Shown here: piece by piece, positions 52,385 through 64,000 of the stretch
Numbering within the stretch: position 1 is the first letter of the stretch
Layout: each line of letters begins with the position of its first letter
Assembly (NCBI GenBank): GCA_010015585.1
Contig: ML975149.1
Reading direction: 5' to 3' (one strand)
Origin: Eremomyces bilateralis CBS 781.70
Taxonomy: Eukaryota
DNA length: 64,000 bases
Translations under genes and position numbers: made by a program
The notes under the pieces: generated by a model
What the model was told of the DNA's origin: nothing
Database searches by the model: none
Seen by the model: the letters and a program-made list of their open reading frames with translations, nothing else

Positions 52385-53330
52385 GGTGACGGATGCGAAA
52401 CAAAGACTTAGATGTTGATTAATGTGACTTCAAGACATAAACATAGAAGGAGAGATATATAGTGAAGTGGACGTGTGCAGGCTGAAGTTCTGGTGATGTT
52501 AAAGAATGCAGGATGCGAGCTGTTTGGGGGGGGGAGGCTATTGATATACAACATTGAAGGGCTGCATCTAGGATGCATAACGTCGAAGGCGTGGACTCAA
52601 CACCCCTGCACCGCTTCAGGTCCGGGACTTAGGAGGGCGAGAGTGGAATCGGAATAGTTAATGGGCAATGGCACATTGCCATCTGATTGGTAAGTTGCAT
52701 AAGGCAAGCCCTGTCGCCAGTCACGATGCGCGCACTGGTCTCCTCCTGGACCAGCGCGGTTTGTGATGCGTTGGTGGGTGACTAGGCATTCGCTGATGCA
52801 CGACGGGTCAGTAGTTACTACTTGCATCGGCCACCAGCCCAGCAGAACTAAACAAAGGCATGGTTCAGGCGTGGTGGAGACGGGGGCGGTGGAGAATGGA
52901 GATGCACCGAAGCATGGACCGGCATGGTGGACGGTTTGGGCAAAAGGCGGACGAGGGGGGGCACTGAACAAGGACCGTATTGAGTAGTACGGAGTACAGC
53001 CGTACTGTAAGGTTATTTACTATTTTGAAATGTGATTATGGAGCCGTGGGAATCGACCGGGGGGGCGCATGGGCAACTGAGTATGGACGGGAGTTGGGAC
53101 ACTAGGCTCAACTCACTTAAGGTACGAGGCCTGACTCCTGCGGCCGTACTGGGAGGAAGAGGCGGTGGTGGATTGATCATGATCGAAGGTAATCCCCAGA
53201 CCCTACTGGCCAGTGTTTATCATGCATGGATGTGTTGGATGGCGATGCTACGAATGAATGATTGATGAATGGGCGAGCGGCTGAACCGGCCACACGTAAT
53301 CTATCCTCCAAACCAACTCACCACCGGCCA

Positions 53331-53420
53331 CATATTCATAGAATCGGGTACATAATCATAGAATCGGGTACATAATCATAGAATCGAGTACATAATCATA
53401 GAATAAGGTATATATTCACA
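53331..53420. repeat. 20-bp minisatellite, ~4.5 copies (CATAATCATAGAATCGGGTA)
   Basis: Units start at 53331, 53351, 53371, 53391 and 53411 (partial), with 0-3 mismatches each. Confidence 0.9.
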
Positions 53421-56400
53421 AATCATCGATGCGATACTCCTTATGACCTTACCGTACAGCCGTACAGTATTCCGTCCTCTACCGGTAACGGAATAGGGAT
53501 GCGACAGACAGTCCGACAGTTAAAAAAAGGCCCCCATGCCTAGCAGGGATAGACATAGAGCTGCGCAATTGTGGAAGAATCTAAAATCCTCCTCGTTCCC
53601 ATCGTCCCATTATCTTCCCACTTCAGTGATCTCCAGCCCAGCAGGACTATTATTGGGTGGTAGATAGCAGGCTAGTACGTACCAGCCGTGAACAGCACAT
53701 CACCATCCACTATCCAGATTCCAGTAAAGGCTGTTTCAACTTTCAAGAGAGAGGTCTAACAGTAAAGTCGACAGGGTCCGCAGGGCTGCAGGGATCCCTT
53801 TCGCAAGTCTCTCCTTGTCCACCACCATTCTCTGAATGAGGTATGGTGTGGCGCCGGGCAGACGAGGATCGGGTGGCCCTAATTCTAGAAACACCAGCTA
53901 CCAATCTGCCATCTCAGAGCTCAGGCAAATCGATGGAGACTTAGACCGCTTAGCTATCACAAATTTGCTCTTGTTTTGGAAATTCAACGAATAGGCCCCA
54001 GGAAACGCTTTCTTCGCGAACAATTCATGAACATTTCCCGCCAACATTGGCTGGCCCCACTCGTAGGCGGGGAGTGCCCGGGGCTAATTTGCAATTTAGG
54101 CGGTGCCGACACTCACCGCAACGAACGTTAGGTGTGAACCATAGGGTATCCGCACTTACGCAGGTCTGCATCCACTCCTGCTGCAACATTTCAGTTGCTC
54201 CTGGTAGCGGGGAAGTGGTAAGGCGCTCTCGCACCGTTGCACCGTTACACTGTTGCATATCGACCCATGACGTTTGCTATCTTATCTGCCCTAAATTAAC
54301 ACCTACCTTACGAACGTGATAGGATTCGGATTCTGGAAATCCGAGGCTTGTTCGCTTGTTCCCTGTGCCCCTGCCTCGTTGCCCGTCATTTTAACCTCCA
54401 CGTTTGCGGCTGAGCGACTCTATCCTATCCAAAGATGCGGTAAGCTTGGTGACTGGCGACCATTACTGCGGTGGCGTCCTTGGGAGTGACTTGGGACTGG
54501 TCGGGTGGTTGCAAATCATAGTTCTTCGTCATCCCCATTGGGTTCAATTAGAAATTTGGAAATTGTAATCTACGTCAAGCAGATTATGGAAGCTGGAACG
54601 GCTTTTACAGTTTGCGTCATGGTAGTTCTGCATTTTGGCATTTTGGCATTTTGGCCCCCCTTTCATGTCCAAGCAACTGTCGATCCTAGGGACCACACCC
54701 GATGACTGATCGTGAGACACAACTCATAGTGTCCGGAACTCGGAATGGAATCGCTGCAATTGAGTTCTGGACACCATCCATGCTTCCACATGTCATTTCA
54801 GATACACTTCTACACAAAACGTCCTGAATACAATACTACTGGCTAAACGTATACACACCATGAAAATCATTCCGGCTAAATTCAGCTCCAATACGACAAC
54901 ATATGGCAACCTCGTTAGCAAACCCATGTTTCAGGGCCCTCCTACGCCCGGGTCCGTGACTAGTGCCAGCTCGCCTTATGAAGTATCCAACTCCATTGGC
55001 AACGCCGCCGATGGCATCAATTGTCTGAACCACGTGTTCTAGGCTCGATGCTAAGCAATGCTAGGAAATAGGCACCTACTATCTACAGACTACAGAATAC
55101 TTGAAACGGCTATATCTCAGCTTCTATGCTGTTCAGAAAGGTTCACCGCTTGCGGGTCTCGTCCACGGCACAAGCGGTCCTCAACGCGCCGAACACCGGA
55201 CAGGGGGGTTCGTTGAAAGCCGTTGGGCTGGGACTTGGCCCTTGGGAGCCGGAATTTGTTCCGTGCGAAACTGCCAAGTGGCGCTAACGGCCGTATCTGC
55301 CTGTTAACTGTATGGATTTTGGAAACAACTCAGCGCTGGGCTGTTGGCTGCCTGGTTTCCCCCTTGTCTCATGTCCAGGCTCTGCTGCTAGGATTTAAGG
55401 AACGCGGCTAAGCCGGTTGGGCCGACCGAGCTCGTGCTTGCGGCTACCTAGGGATGTCGGGATGGGGCAGCAGTTCTGGCGGGAGCTCCAGAGTCCAGCT
55501 GCTTGGGCTGGGGTTGCAGTGTGCGATTTTGCAGAGCTAGAGATTCCCAATCCGAACTTTCCAAGGAATGTCAAAGTCAGGACTCAGTACAGGCGTTGAC
55601 TGCAAAGGGGCAAGCTCGACAACCCATAACTTTTCCGTACTGCGGCTTCCTCCTCCAAATACCTTCCTTGCACAAAAATCAAATATTGTTATTTCGTTAA
55701 CCCTGCATGATGAGTGGGGATTGGCTAGTGGAGGAATCTGGTAAGGGGAATTGGGGATGGAAAATTCCAAAATGGGACTTTGGTCAGCACGCCTATAATT
55801 AGACAATGACGACAAACGCTAAGCATTTATGCCAAGACTTCAAATGTCATCGACCAACGTCGTTCCTGCTCCATCTCTCACGTGCTTCCTAATTCCTCAC
55901 CTCCTAACAGCTATTGACCGTCTTTGCGGGTCCAGGACAAAATGAATAGAAAGTTCTGACTGCAGGGCTAAGCATTTCTAACTACCATTACAATCTACCG
56001 CTGTCATTCCACTGTTCCAGCCCTACGACCCGCATCAGTTCACTTCAGCCTTCACCAAATGCCTTTGTCCAGATGCCGTGACTACCACTGACTGGTGAGG
56101 TCTCTTCTTGCGACTCCCGTCTTGTCAGAGCCACCCATAACATCGTCTATTCCATGCGCCACAGCGGCAAGATTCTACGGGATCCTCGTGAGCGTGTTCT
56201 GACTCTTGTGGAGTGCCGGCCATCCTTCCTATCATCTTTGCCCCTGTTGCGATATCCAGCAGAAGACTTGACCAGATAAATATATCGAGCATCGCCAGGG
56301 TGACAAACAAGTCGCTTTGTTTACCGAGACCCGATTAGCCCCATGCAAGAGCGATCTTGCATTGGGCAGGTGTACCTTGCATGAGATATTCGAAAGCTGG

Positions 56401-59400
56401 ACCTAGCCTTAGTGCGAGTCGATACACCGCTCTCGCACTGCCTTGTTTCTTTTCAGAGCGGATATGCGTTGTGTATTTGCCGAATACGTTACCGACCCTC
56501 TAGTTCACGCATCCAATTTCGCTTCTCCTTAACTTTACTCGGATACATACTGCACGACTGAGTTAACGGTGCTGCCGTGCTGGTAATTGATATAATTACC
56601 CCGAGGCCTACGCCAGTTCCAGCTATGCATGGATCACACAGACATCTGCAACTCTTCAGTCCTCAGTCCTCCCCAGCCATTACCACAAGGAGCTTTTAGG
56701 ACCGTCAGGGATGAAGGAAATTGAATCCCCTCCGTCATATCTGACAGATATGCAAGGGATTCAGCTCAGATTTCCTCCCCCCTCGATGTGAACATAATTT
56801 CCATCTTCCCCTTCAGCCGTTGATTTAGAGTTATGCCACTATCCAATCCATCGGTTGCGTTTTCTATTCAGCCGAGGGTCATACCACATACGATGATATT
56901 CAGTGACCGGTCCATGCTCCAGCACCAAGGATCCTTGCTCTTAATCTCATGATCCATGATTGGGTCGGAAACTAGAAGGTTTCAGCTCGTTCTAACATTT
57001 TGTGCAGTCTCCGGAGCTTCTGTTGGTGCAGGTGATATACTGAATGCACAATTTCGACTTCCTGCAAAGACCTTTCTGTTGGCTCTTATGACCGGAAACA
57101 TTTCAGCCTGAATCAGGACTCAGCTTCTCAACGCCTACAGATACGCTGTGTCCGTGTCCCCCACCAGAGCAACAGCAGGAAGTATATGCATTCAGTGGCG
57201 ATTCCAGCTCTGAGGCCACTATGTACTTATATCGCCGATAACTGGTCGCAACCCTACGACAGGAAACCATAAAGGAGCCGATCTATCGTGGATGACCTCC
57301 ATTGCCCGCATGAATCATTTGGTGGCTGCCATCAGTGGCATGGTCCTCGGACATGGGGTGTAACCACGAATGTGGATTGACGCCTCCAGCACTGCTAACG
57401 ACGGTCAACCCCTTGATATTTCAGACGAGTGGCTTTGGTTCGCACTTATCTCAGAGAAGACCGAGGGTACAGCACAGGTCCATCCCTTCTGACCAAGGCT
57501 GGACAAGAATAACAATGGAATGATTTAAAGGATCATACTTCATCTAAACCAAGTTGTTTGTTGTCCACCAGTGCCGACGATGTTGGTTCTAGCAAGCGAC
57601 CGGGGATATCACCCGTCCACGCCTCCACTGGAGTGGCCATTTATACCATGGGCCATGCGTCCCCCTACAACCGAATCCTACATGTGGGATGGTGGGCTGC
57701 TTGGTCTAGCCTATTGTCTAACGACTAACACACTTGCCAGTTGCACATGAAACTAACTGCTAAATGTGGGGAGCGAGGGCTGGACGCTCGATAGGTACTG
57801 ACTCGTCCCCGTCCGAAATCCGGAGCATTCGATTGTTGCATGAATCTGCATGGAGGAAATAACCGGCGTATGCAGAACTTAAATCTCCTGACCTTCTCCT
57901 GAGTTTCTGTGGCTTGTTGTATTAAGCAAACCTTTTAATAGCTTTCAGCTCTGAATCCATGACACTGCATTATAACTGCATTGCAATCTCGTTGATGACT
58001 TGATTATACATCTCTTGATATCCCGAGGGCTGATCGGGCAAATAAAAAACTTCGGATCTGAAGAGAAATTGCTATTGTTTCCCTCGAGTCTCGTCTCCTA
58101 GCATGGCCTGGCTAACCGCATATCCTTTTTCTCTTTTTCACAGCTGAGACAATTCGGAATATGGGACACCTGTGATCGAGCAAGGCGTCCACCCGCAGCA
58201 AGGATGAGAGAAACTTAAACTTGCCCCTATTCAAACCGACTTTGTTGCTCCCATAGAGTTCCATCCGCAAGGATCCGGTGTTGATCTTCATAAGTTATCA
58301 CAAAACAACCAAGTCTATAGTACCAATACACATTCACTCCCTAAAGGCGCCCCTGGGTTCTCAGAAGGCTAATACAACTGATTTGGGTCTTTATGCTGCT
58401 TCAACCCATTCGGGCTTCATGGGAGGCATTGACCGGTATCCAACATTACGTTTGCCAGACATCCCAATTCCAGCTATCCGATCTGCTACCCCAAATATCT
58501 CGACATTTGGCGCATGGGTTACTCATTGTGACTTGATAGTCAAAAGCAGCTCGGCTCGGCAGTTGTCGGCCCTCTGCTGCTGGAATAGTCGAGAACACCA
58601 AATTGATCCCTTCGGGTAACATTACTCCGATACAGTATCTGTGCTTAAATTTCAAGGAATCGAGGTGAACAGGCATACAGATTAATTGCAGACCCAGCTT
58701 CGCTGCGGTGCGGTTCAAATATAGGTACAGCCTGATGCTCTGCCACTGTAATGACCCCGAATTCCCTGAAGGCGGAACCATAGTGGATGTCGTACTATGT
58801 TAGTCATACGCCAGGTACAAGCCACCCCCAAGCTACGAGGACGAAATGAGACACAACCCTCAAATTGATTTGGGTTTTTATCGAAGCACCAGATGTTTGA
58901 CATGCAACAACAAGTTTAGCACTGACAGCATGTGTAAGGTGACTGTATCTAATGTCCTCAGTATCCCTCATCAATTCTGCCTAGTGTTATGTAGCGGGCT
59001 CATAGAGCTCGATATCAACTCTATACCCGACAGATCTCCACAGTGATACCTTACTCAGCGACAGTACTTACTATGTACTACTCTGACGTGTCTGAGCTCC
59101 CGTTCGCATAATTCGACAAGACGGCAAAGCTAGAGGAGGCCGGTTGTTTTGGTTCATCTTTGATATCTTTCGGACTGCCTTCTGAGCATCTGAATAGTTG
59201 AGTAATCCTCGGCAATTAATCATGACTTGTACACCACTTCAGTCTTCGGACGTTGACTGCACGCGGAATTGAAGCTGTCCATTTGGCCCGGCAGATCATT
59301 GCCATCATCCCCAATAATCTTCAACGCGCATCGTGTAGAGTATAGAAAAGGTTGTACTACTATTGTTGCTCAATGTTCCAGTAAACAGTCGTGCCAGTCG

Positions 59401-59830
59401 AGGGACAGAAGCAAGGCGAGGGAGCGGGGGTGGTCTGTACAGTTCGCCGCACTCCCCACGGCAGCACGAGCGCGACCTCATGGCTGGAATATCTAAATCT
59501 GATTATTCCCAATCAAGTTCGCAACAGCCAAATCAGGAATCGCAAACATCAATCTGAGGCACACAGCAACTCCTCATAAGTCAATAACCCAAGCACCTGC
59601 TGTCTATCATCATAGCCAGTGGAGAAGGGGCTTTTCCAGTTCACGTTTGGCCAATGCTTGTCAGTGACTCACACGACCGTACACTGAGACTCGCACAGCC
59701 CATGAACTCCAAGCTGTTCGGATTCAAAAATCGACTTTCAGAACCTGGGAACTGGAACCTCAAGCTTCACCTGCTTACCCACCGCTAATAATCATCTAGC
59801 TAGGCTTTCACAGCTCTTCTCCTTGAAACT

Positions 59831-62320
59831 ATGGCTCACCGAGAGACCGCGCCATTCCAGCCCCAGAATCCTCAAGAGATTCGAGAACTAGTCCAGCAGC
59901 TCCAGGCCAAACAGGGTAAAGGCAAAGGCAAAAGCCAAGTCTCGGTCAAGAAGGCTACATTTACCTTACCTTCAGGCAGGAACGTCGACAGCTGGCGTAT
60001 GCAAGACTGGGACTACAAGAAACCAAACCTTCCCACCTACGCTCGAGGATTATTTACCTACATCAACAACGAGGGCGCACATGAGATCGCGGTACGAGGA
60101 TACGACAAGTTTTTCAACCACGGAGAAGTTACAAAGACCAACTGGGACAATGTCGAGAAGAACACACGCGGACCCTATGAGCTGAGCGTCAAAGAGAATG
60201 GATGCATCATCTTCATTGCCGGGTTAGACGACGGGACGCTCCTCGTATGCAGCAAACATTCAACAGGGCCTCGGGAGGATCCTAATACGAGCCATGCTAT
60301 TTGGGGAGAAAAATGGATCGATCGGCACTTGGCTACGGTCGGGAAGACTCGCGAGGACCTGGCTCGGACTTTACGCCGCATGAACGCAACGGCCGTTGCT
60401 GAGCTTTGCGATGATGAGTTCGAAGAACACGTACTTCCCTATGGGAGAGAGGAGGCCGGTCTTTATCTGCATGGCATCAATCTGAACCTCCCCGAATTTG
60501 CCACGTATCCGGGACCCCTGGTGGACAAGTTCGCCGACGAATGGGGAATGAAGAAGGTGGTGTACGTAATGGAGGATGACATCAAGAAGGTCAAGCGATT
60601 TCTTGATGAGGTTGCCGAGACTGGGAACTACGATGGACGAGATACCGAGGGGTTCGTGATCCGGTGTCAAGCCCGAGACAGCGTCCGGGACTCGCATGAC
60701 TGGCATGATTGGTTCTTCAAGTACAAGTTTGAGGAACCATATTTGATGTACCGACAGTGGAGAGAATGTACCAAGTCCATGATCGCTGGGAAAGATCCAC
60801 GGATCAAGAAACACAGGAAGATCACCCAAGAATACCTCCGATTTGCTCGCTACCGGTTCGCGCAAAATCCCCAGCTTGCCAAAGAGTACAACAAAAATCA
60901 CGGAATCATTGCACTTCGTGAGGAGTTCTTGAAGGCGCAAGGGGTCAATGGCGCCGACATTATCCGACAGGAGATTGAAAGCGGAGAAGAAGTTGCAGAC
61001 GTTACGAATAATGTTGTTCTCGTGCCAATTGCAACCATCGGCTGCGGCAAGACGACCATTGCTCTTGGCCTGGTGAAGCTCTTCGGTTGGGGCCATTTCC
61101 AAAACGACAACATCCAGGGCAAGCACCGGCGGCCACAACGATTCGCCGAGTCAATCGAAGCGCTACTTGAAGTTCATCCCGCCGTGTTTGCGGATCGGAA
61201 CAATCATCAAAAGCGAGAACGTCAGCAGCTAATCCAAGATATCTCGAAGGGGGCCCCGAAAGCGAAGTTCGTGGCACTTCATTTCGTTCACGATCCAAGC
61301 GACTACAATGAAGTCCGCAGGATCATGCAGGAGCGCGTGTTGAGCCGAGGCGATAACCATCAGACCATTCGTTCCAACGAGAAGGGAACTCATGAAGTCG
61401 TTGGGATTATGGATGGGTTCTTGCATAGATTCCAGCCAGTTGATGCTAGCTCGAGTCCGGATGATGCTTTCGATCTCGTTATCGATCTCAGCGCCACCAA
61501 GTCGTCACGCGAGAATCTGGAGACCGTCGTCACGAAGCTCTACGAAGCGTATCCAAAACTCTTCCCACCGGACATGCCAACAGCGCAAGACATGGACGAC
61601 GCCATCGCCGACGCGTTAAATGACTACAAACCCGACATCAAGCACGACCTTTCGTTCGGCAAGAAGCAGCCTGGGCCAAAGGAGAGTCGCAACAAGTCCA
61701 TGCAGGATGGATCAAATGCTCCGAAACCTAAAGCGCCCAAACTCGAATACTTCGCTGTCAAATTGGACACATCACGCATCATAGAGATTCTTTCAGCGGT
61801 CTTTTCAGATGCAGACGAGGCCTCTGCCAACTTTTTCTGGAAGCTCAAGGAGGAAAATCGCATCCAACCTCAGTTCCATGTCACTCTCATTCACCGGGCA
61901 TCTGCCGCCCAACACAAGGACTACTGGGAGAAGCTCTGCGACATCCAACGCGCTCCGTGGGAAGACGCCGTCTCAAAACGGAAGGGAGGCGAGGGATTAG
62001 AGCCGGAGCTCTCCAAGTGCGATGTTCAGCTGGAGCGTCTTGTCTGGGATGACCGGGTCATGTGTTTTGTCGTTCGCCTTGCCCAGACCGAGGGAGCAAA
62101 GGCAGGAAATGGAGAGCGGGTTGCATTTGAGACAGTTAACCCCGTGGCGCATGTTACGGTAGGGACTGCTGCGCCAAGCATCAAACCGAAGGAGAGCAAT
62201 GATTTGCTGAAGAGGTGGCTGGAGGTCGGCAGTGGGAACGGCACAGGCATTCACGAGGTGGTCGTAAGTGGATTCCGGGTGCTTCCTGGCAGCGTGCGAG
62301 GCGTTCTGCAGAAGCATTGA
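59831..62320 (+). CDS. TRL1: Fungal tRNA ligase (ligase + polynucleotide kinase + cyclic phosphodiesterase)
   Basis: RGYDKFFN, SVKENG (motif I), CSKHS, EGFVIRC, FFKYKFEEPYLMYRQWRE; P-loop ATIGCGKTT, ADRNNH; two 2H motifs FHVTL and AHVTV. Confidence 0.97.
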   Translation: MAHRETAPFQPQNPQEIRELVQQLQAKQGKGKGKSQVSVKKATFTLPSGRNVDSWRMQDWDYKKPNLPTYARGLFTYINNEGAHEIAVRGYDKFFNHGEVTKTNWDNVEKNTRGPYELSVKENGCIIFIAGLDDGTLLVCSKHSTGPREDPNTSHAIWGEKWIDRHLATVGKTREDLARTLRRMNATAVAELCDDEFEEHVLPYGREEAGLYLHGINLNLPEFATYPGPLVDKFADEWGMKKVVYVMEDDIKKVKRFLDEVAETGNYDGRDTEGFVIRCQARDSVRDSHDWHDWFFKYKFEEPYLMYRQWRECTKSMIAGKDPRIKKHRKITQEYLRFARYRFAQNPQLAKEYNKNHGIIALREEFLKAQGVNGADIIRQEIESGEEVADVTNNVVLVPIATIGCGKTTIALGLVKLFGWGHFQNDNIQGKHRRPQRFAESIEALLEVHPAVFADRNNHQKRERQQLIQDISKGAPKAKFVALHFVHDPSDYNEVRRIMQERVLSRGDNHQTIRSNEKGTHEVVGIMDGFLHRFQPVDASSSPDDAFDLVIDLSATKSSRENLETVVTKLYEAYPKLFPPDMPTAQDMDDAIADALNDYKPDIKHDLSFGKKQPGPKESRNKSMQDGSNAPKPKAPKLEYFAVKLDTSRIIEILSAVFSDADEASANFFWKLKEENRIQPQFHVTLIHRASAAQHKDYWEKLCDIQRAPWEDAVSKRKGGEGLEPELSKCDVQLERLVWDDRVMCFVVRLAQTEGAKAGNGERVAFETVNPVAHVTVGTAAPSIKPKESNDLLKRWLEVGSGNGTGIHEVVVSGFRVLPGSVRGVLQKH

Positions 62321-62903
62321 AACTATCCGGTATGAACCACCTATACGACGGACGGTTTGCAGATGCGATGGACGTGGATAGACTCACCTCTTGCTTGGTT
62401 CTATATCGATCGGCGGACCTCACATTAAAGCAAACTACCGAGCCTCTACGGAACAAGGCATGGCGATTTTGGATCAATTCCGGTGCTTGTATACCCGAGT
62501 AGCTAAAAGTTGTTGATTATCCATACAATGAAACATGTGAATATCCATCATTGCCGCCCGACTGTGTGTATCCTGAGTGTATGTGGTCCCCTCGCATACC
62601 CCTATCAGATTTTGGCGACAATGCGACCGAAATCAGGCACTAAGGCCACAAGTATCTCATGAGGAATGATCCGAATAATTCACGACGGATTCCAGCTCGG
62701 ATGGGAATTGTAGAAACATAATTTTTTAAACTTATCAAAGCTCCAACGGTCTTCCCTATCTCGCCTGAAGATAGACGCCTTCCTCGCCTCCCTATAATCC
62801 CTTCGAAGCCGATACCTCCCTGGATTATCAATCGCATTGTGACGGTCCACCATCCATCAATCAGCCCCAGTCGAATCAAAGCGAATCCAACATTTCCACG
62901 ACG

Positions 62904-64000
62904 ATGTCCGACCCGGAACCTATCCCACCGGGGCCTGTGGCCATTGTGGTTATCGGCATGGCTGGGTCTGGCAAGACCACCTTCATGCAAAGGATAATAT
63001 CTGATCTTCACGCTCAAACGCCCCCATCCCCGCCATATGTCATCAACCTCGACCCCGCCGTTACAAGAGTGCCATTCGAGAGCAACGTGGATATACGAGA
63101 CAGCGTGGACTACAAGGAAGTCATGCGGCAATACAATTTAGGCCCGAATGGAGGGATCCTAACAAGCCTAAACCTTTTCGCGACCAAGGTGGATCAAGTG
63201 ATAGGGCTGGTGGAGAAGCGGTTTGGACTACAATCACCAGCCCAAGGAGATCCATCGCAAACAGGGACGAAGGGACCGGACGCAAGTCAGGCCCCGTCGG
63301 GCAAGACAGCATCAGGAGACGAGCCCACGCCATCGCCGGATGCGCTGGAAACCCCTCGCTATCTTCTCTTCGACACCCCCGGCCAAATCGAGGTCTTTAC
63401 CTGGTCTGCTTCGTCCTCGATCCTCCTCTCCGCCCTCTCCACGACCATGCCCACAGTCATCGCCTACATCATCGACACCCCGCGCGCCGCTTCTTCCACC
63501 GCCACATTCATGGCCAACATGCTGCATGCGGTCAGCATTCTGTACCGCACCAGCCTTCCCATGGTCCTCGTATTTAACAAAGCCGATGTGCCGGAGGGTG
63601 ATGCGATGGACATGGACCCCGCCGATACTCTCGACCGGGGGAGTTTGGTGGATAAGTGCGTACGGTGGATGCGCGACTGGGAGGTCTTCCAGGAAGCCGT
63701 CCGGGATGAGAGCGGGCCGGACGATCTGGGTGAGGGATCGGGCTACATGTCTAGTCTTACCAACAGCATGTCACTGGTACTGGAGGAGTTCTACAATACC
63801 CTGAGCGTGGTCGGCGTTTCTTCGATGACTGGGCAAGGAGTCCCGGAGTTTTTCGACGGAGTAGAAGAAAAGCGGCAGGAGTTCATCCGGGATTATTGGC
63901 CTGAAGTGCTCAAGAGGCGGAAGGAGAAAGAACAGGCCAAGGAAAGTCGCCGCGAGAAGGAGCTGAGCAAGTTGATGAAAGACATGGAGGTTGGGGGAGG
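62904..64000 (+). CDS. NPA3: GPN-loop GTPase 1, 3' end beyond window
   Basis: GMAGSGKTT, INLDPAV, YNLGPNGGILTSLNLF, DTPGQIEVFTWSAS, FNKAD, SMSLVLEEFY. The frame is open to the window end. Confidence 0.95.
   Translation, partial: MSDPEPIPPGPVAIVVIGMAGSGKTTFMQRIISDLHAQTPPSPPYVINLDPAVTRVPFESNVDIRDSVDYKEVMRQYNLGPNGGILTSLNLFATKVDQVIGLVEKRFGLQSPAQGDPSQTGTKGPDASQAPSGKTASGDEPTPSPDALETPRYLLFDTPGQIEVFTWSASSSILLSALSTTMPTVIAYIIDTPRAASSTATFMANMLHAVSILYRTSLPMVLVFNKADVPEGDAMDMDPADTLDRGSLVDKCVRWMRDWEVFQEAVRDESGPDDLGEGSGYMSSLTNSMSLVLEEFYNTLSVVGVSSMTGQGVPEFFDGVEEKRQEFIRDYWPEVLKRRKEKEQAKESRREKELSKLMKDMEVGG

Noticed and set aside
56343..56362. 8-bp stem hairpin ATGCAAGA-GCGA-TCTTGCAT
   Set aside because: Expected by chance in 64 kb; no supporting context.
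60371..61138. 255-aa minus-strand ORF
   Set aside because: Antisense shadow of TRL1.

Overview
64 kb of intron-containing filamentous ascomycete (Pezizomycotina-type) genomic DNA. Most of it is housekeeping genes: FAT1 (partial), CAC2, SLD3, SAH1, a VPS9-ankyrin-PX (Vrl1/VARP-like) gene, MET14, VMA5, a Zn2Cys6 factor, importin-9/KAP114, eIF3h, a bZIP factor, TRL1 and NPA3/GPN1 (partial). An ~11 kb accessory-looking block sits between the divergent replication genes CAC2 and SLD3. It holds a PhyH-family dioxygenase with an in-frame stop, an amino-acid permease, a PTH11-like membrane protein, and an intact intronless 743-aa ORF. That ORF has the full Spok-type architecture (coiled coil, PD-(D/E)XK nuclease, Cys cluster, kinase) and is a candidate single-gene toxin-antidote spore killer (meiotic driver). 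I could not support any rRNA, tRNA, CRISPR array or transposase. All calls come from manual translation and motif recognition; no database searches were run.
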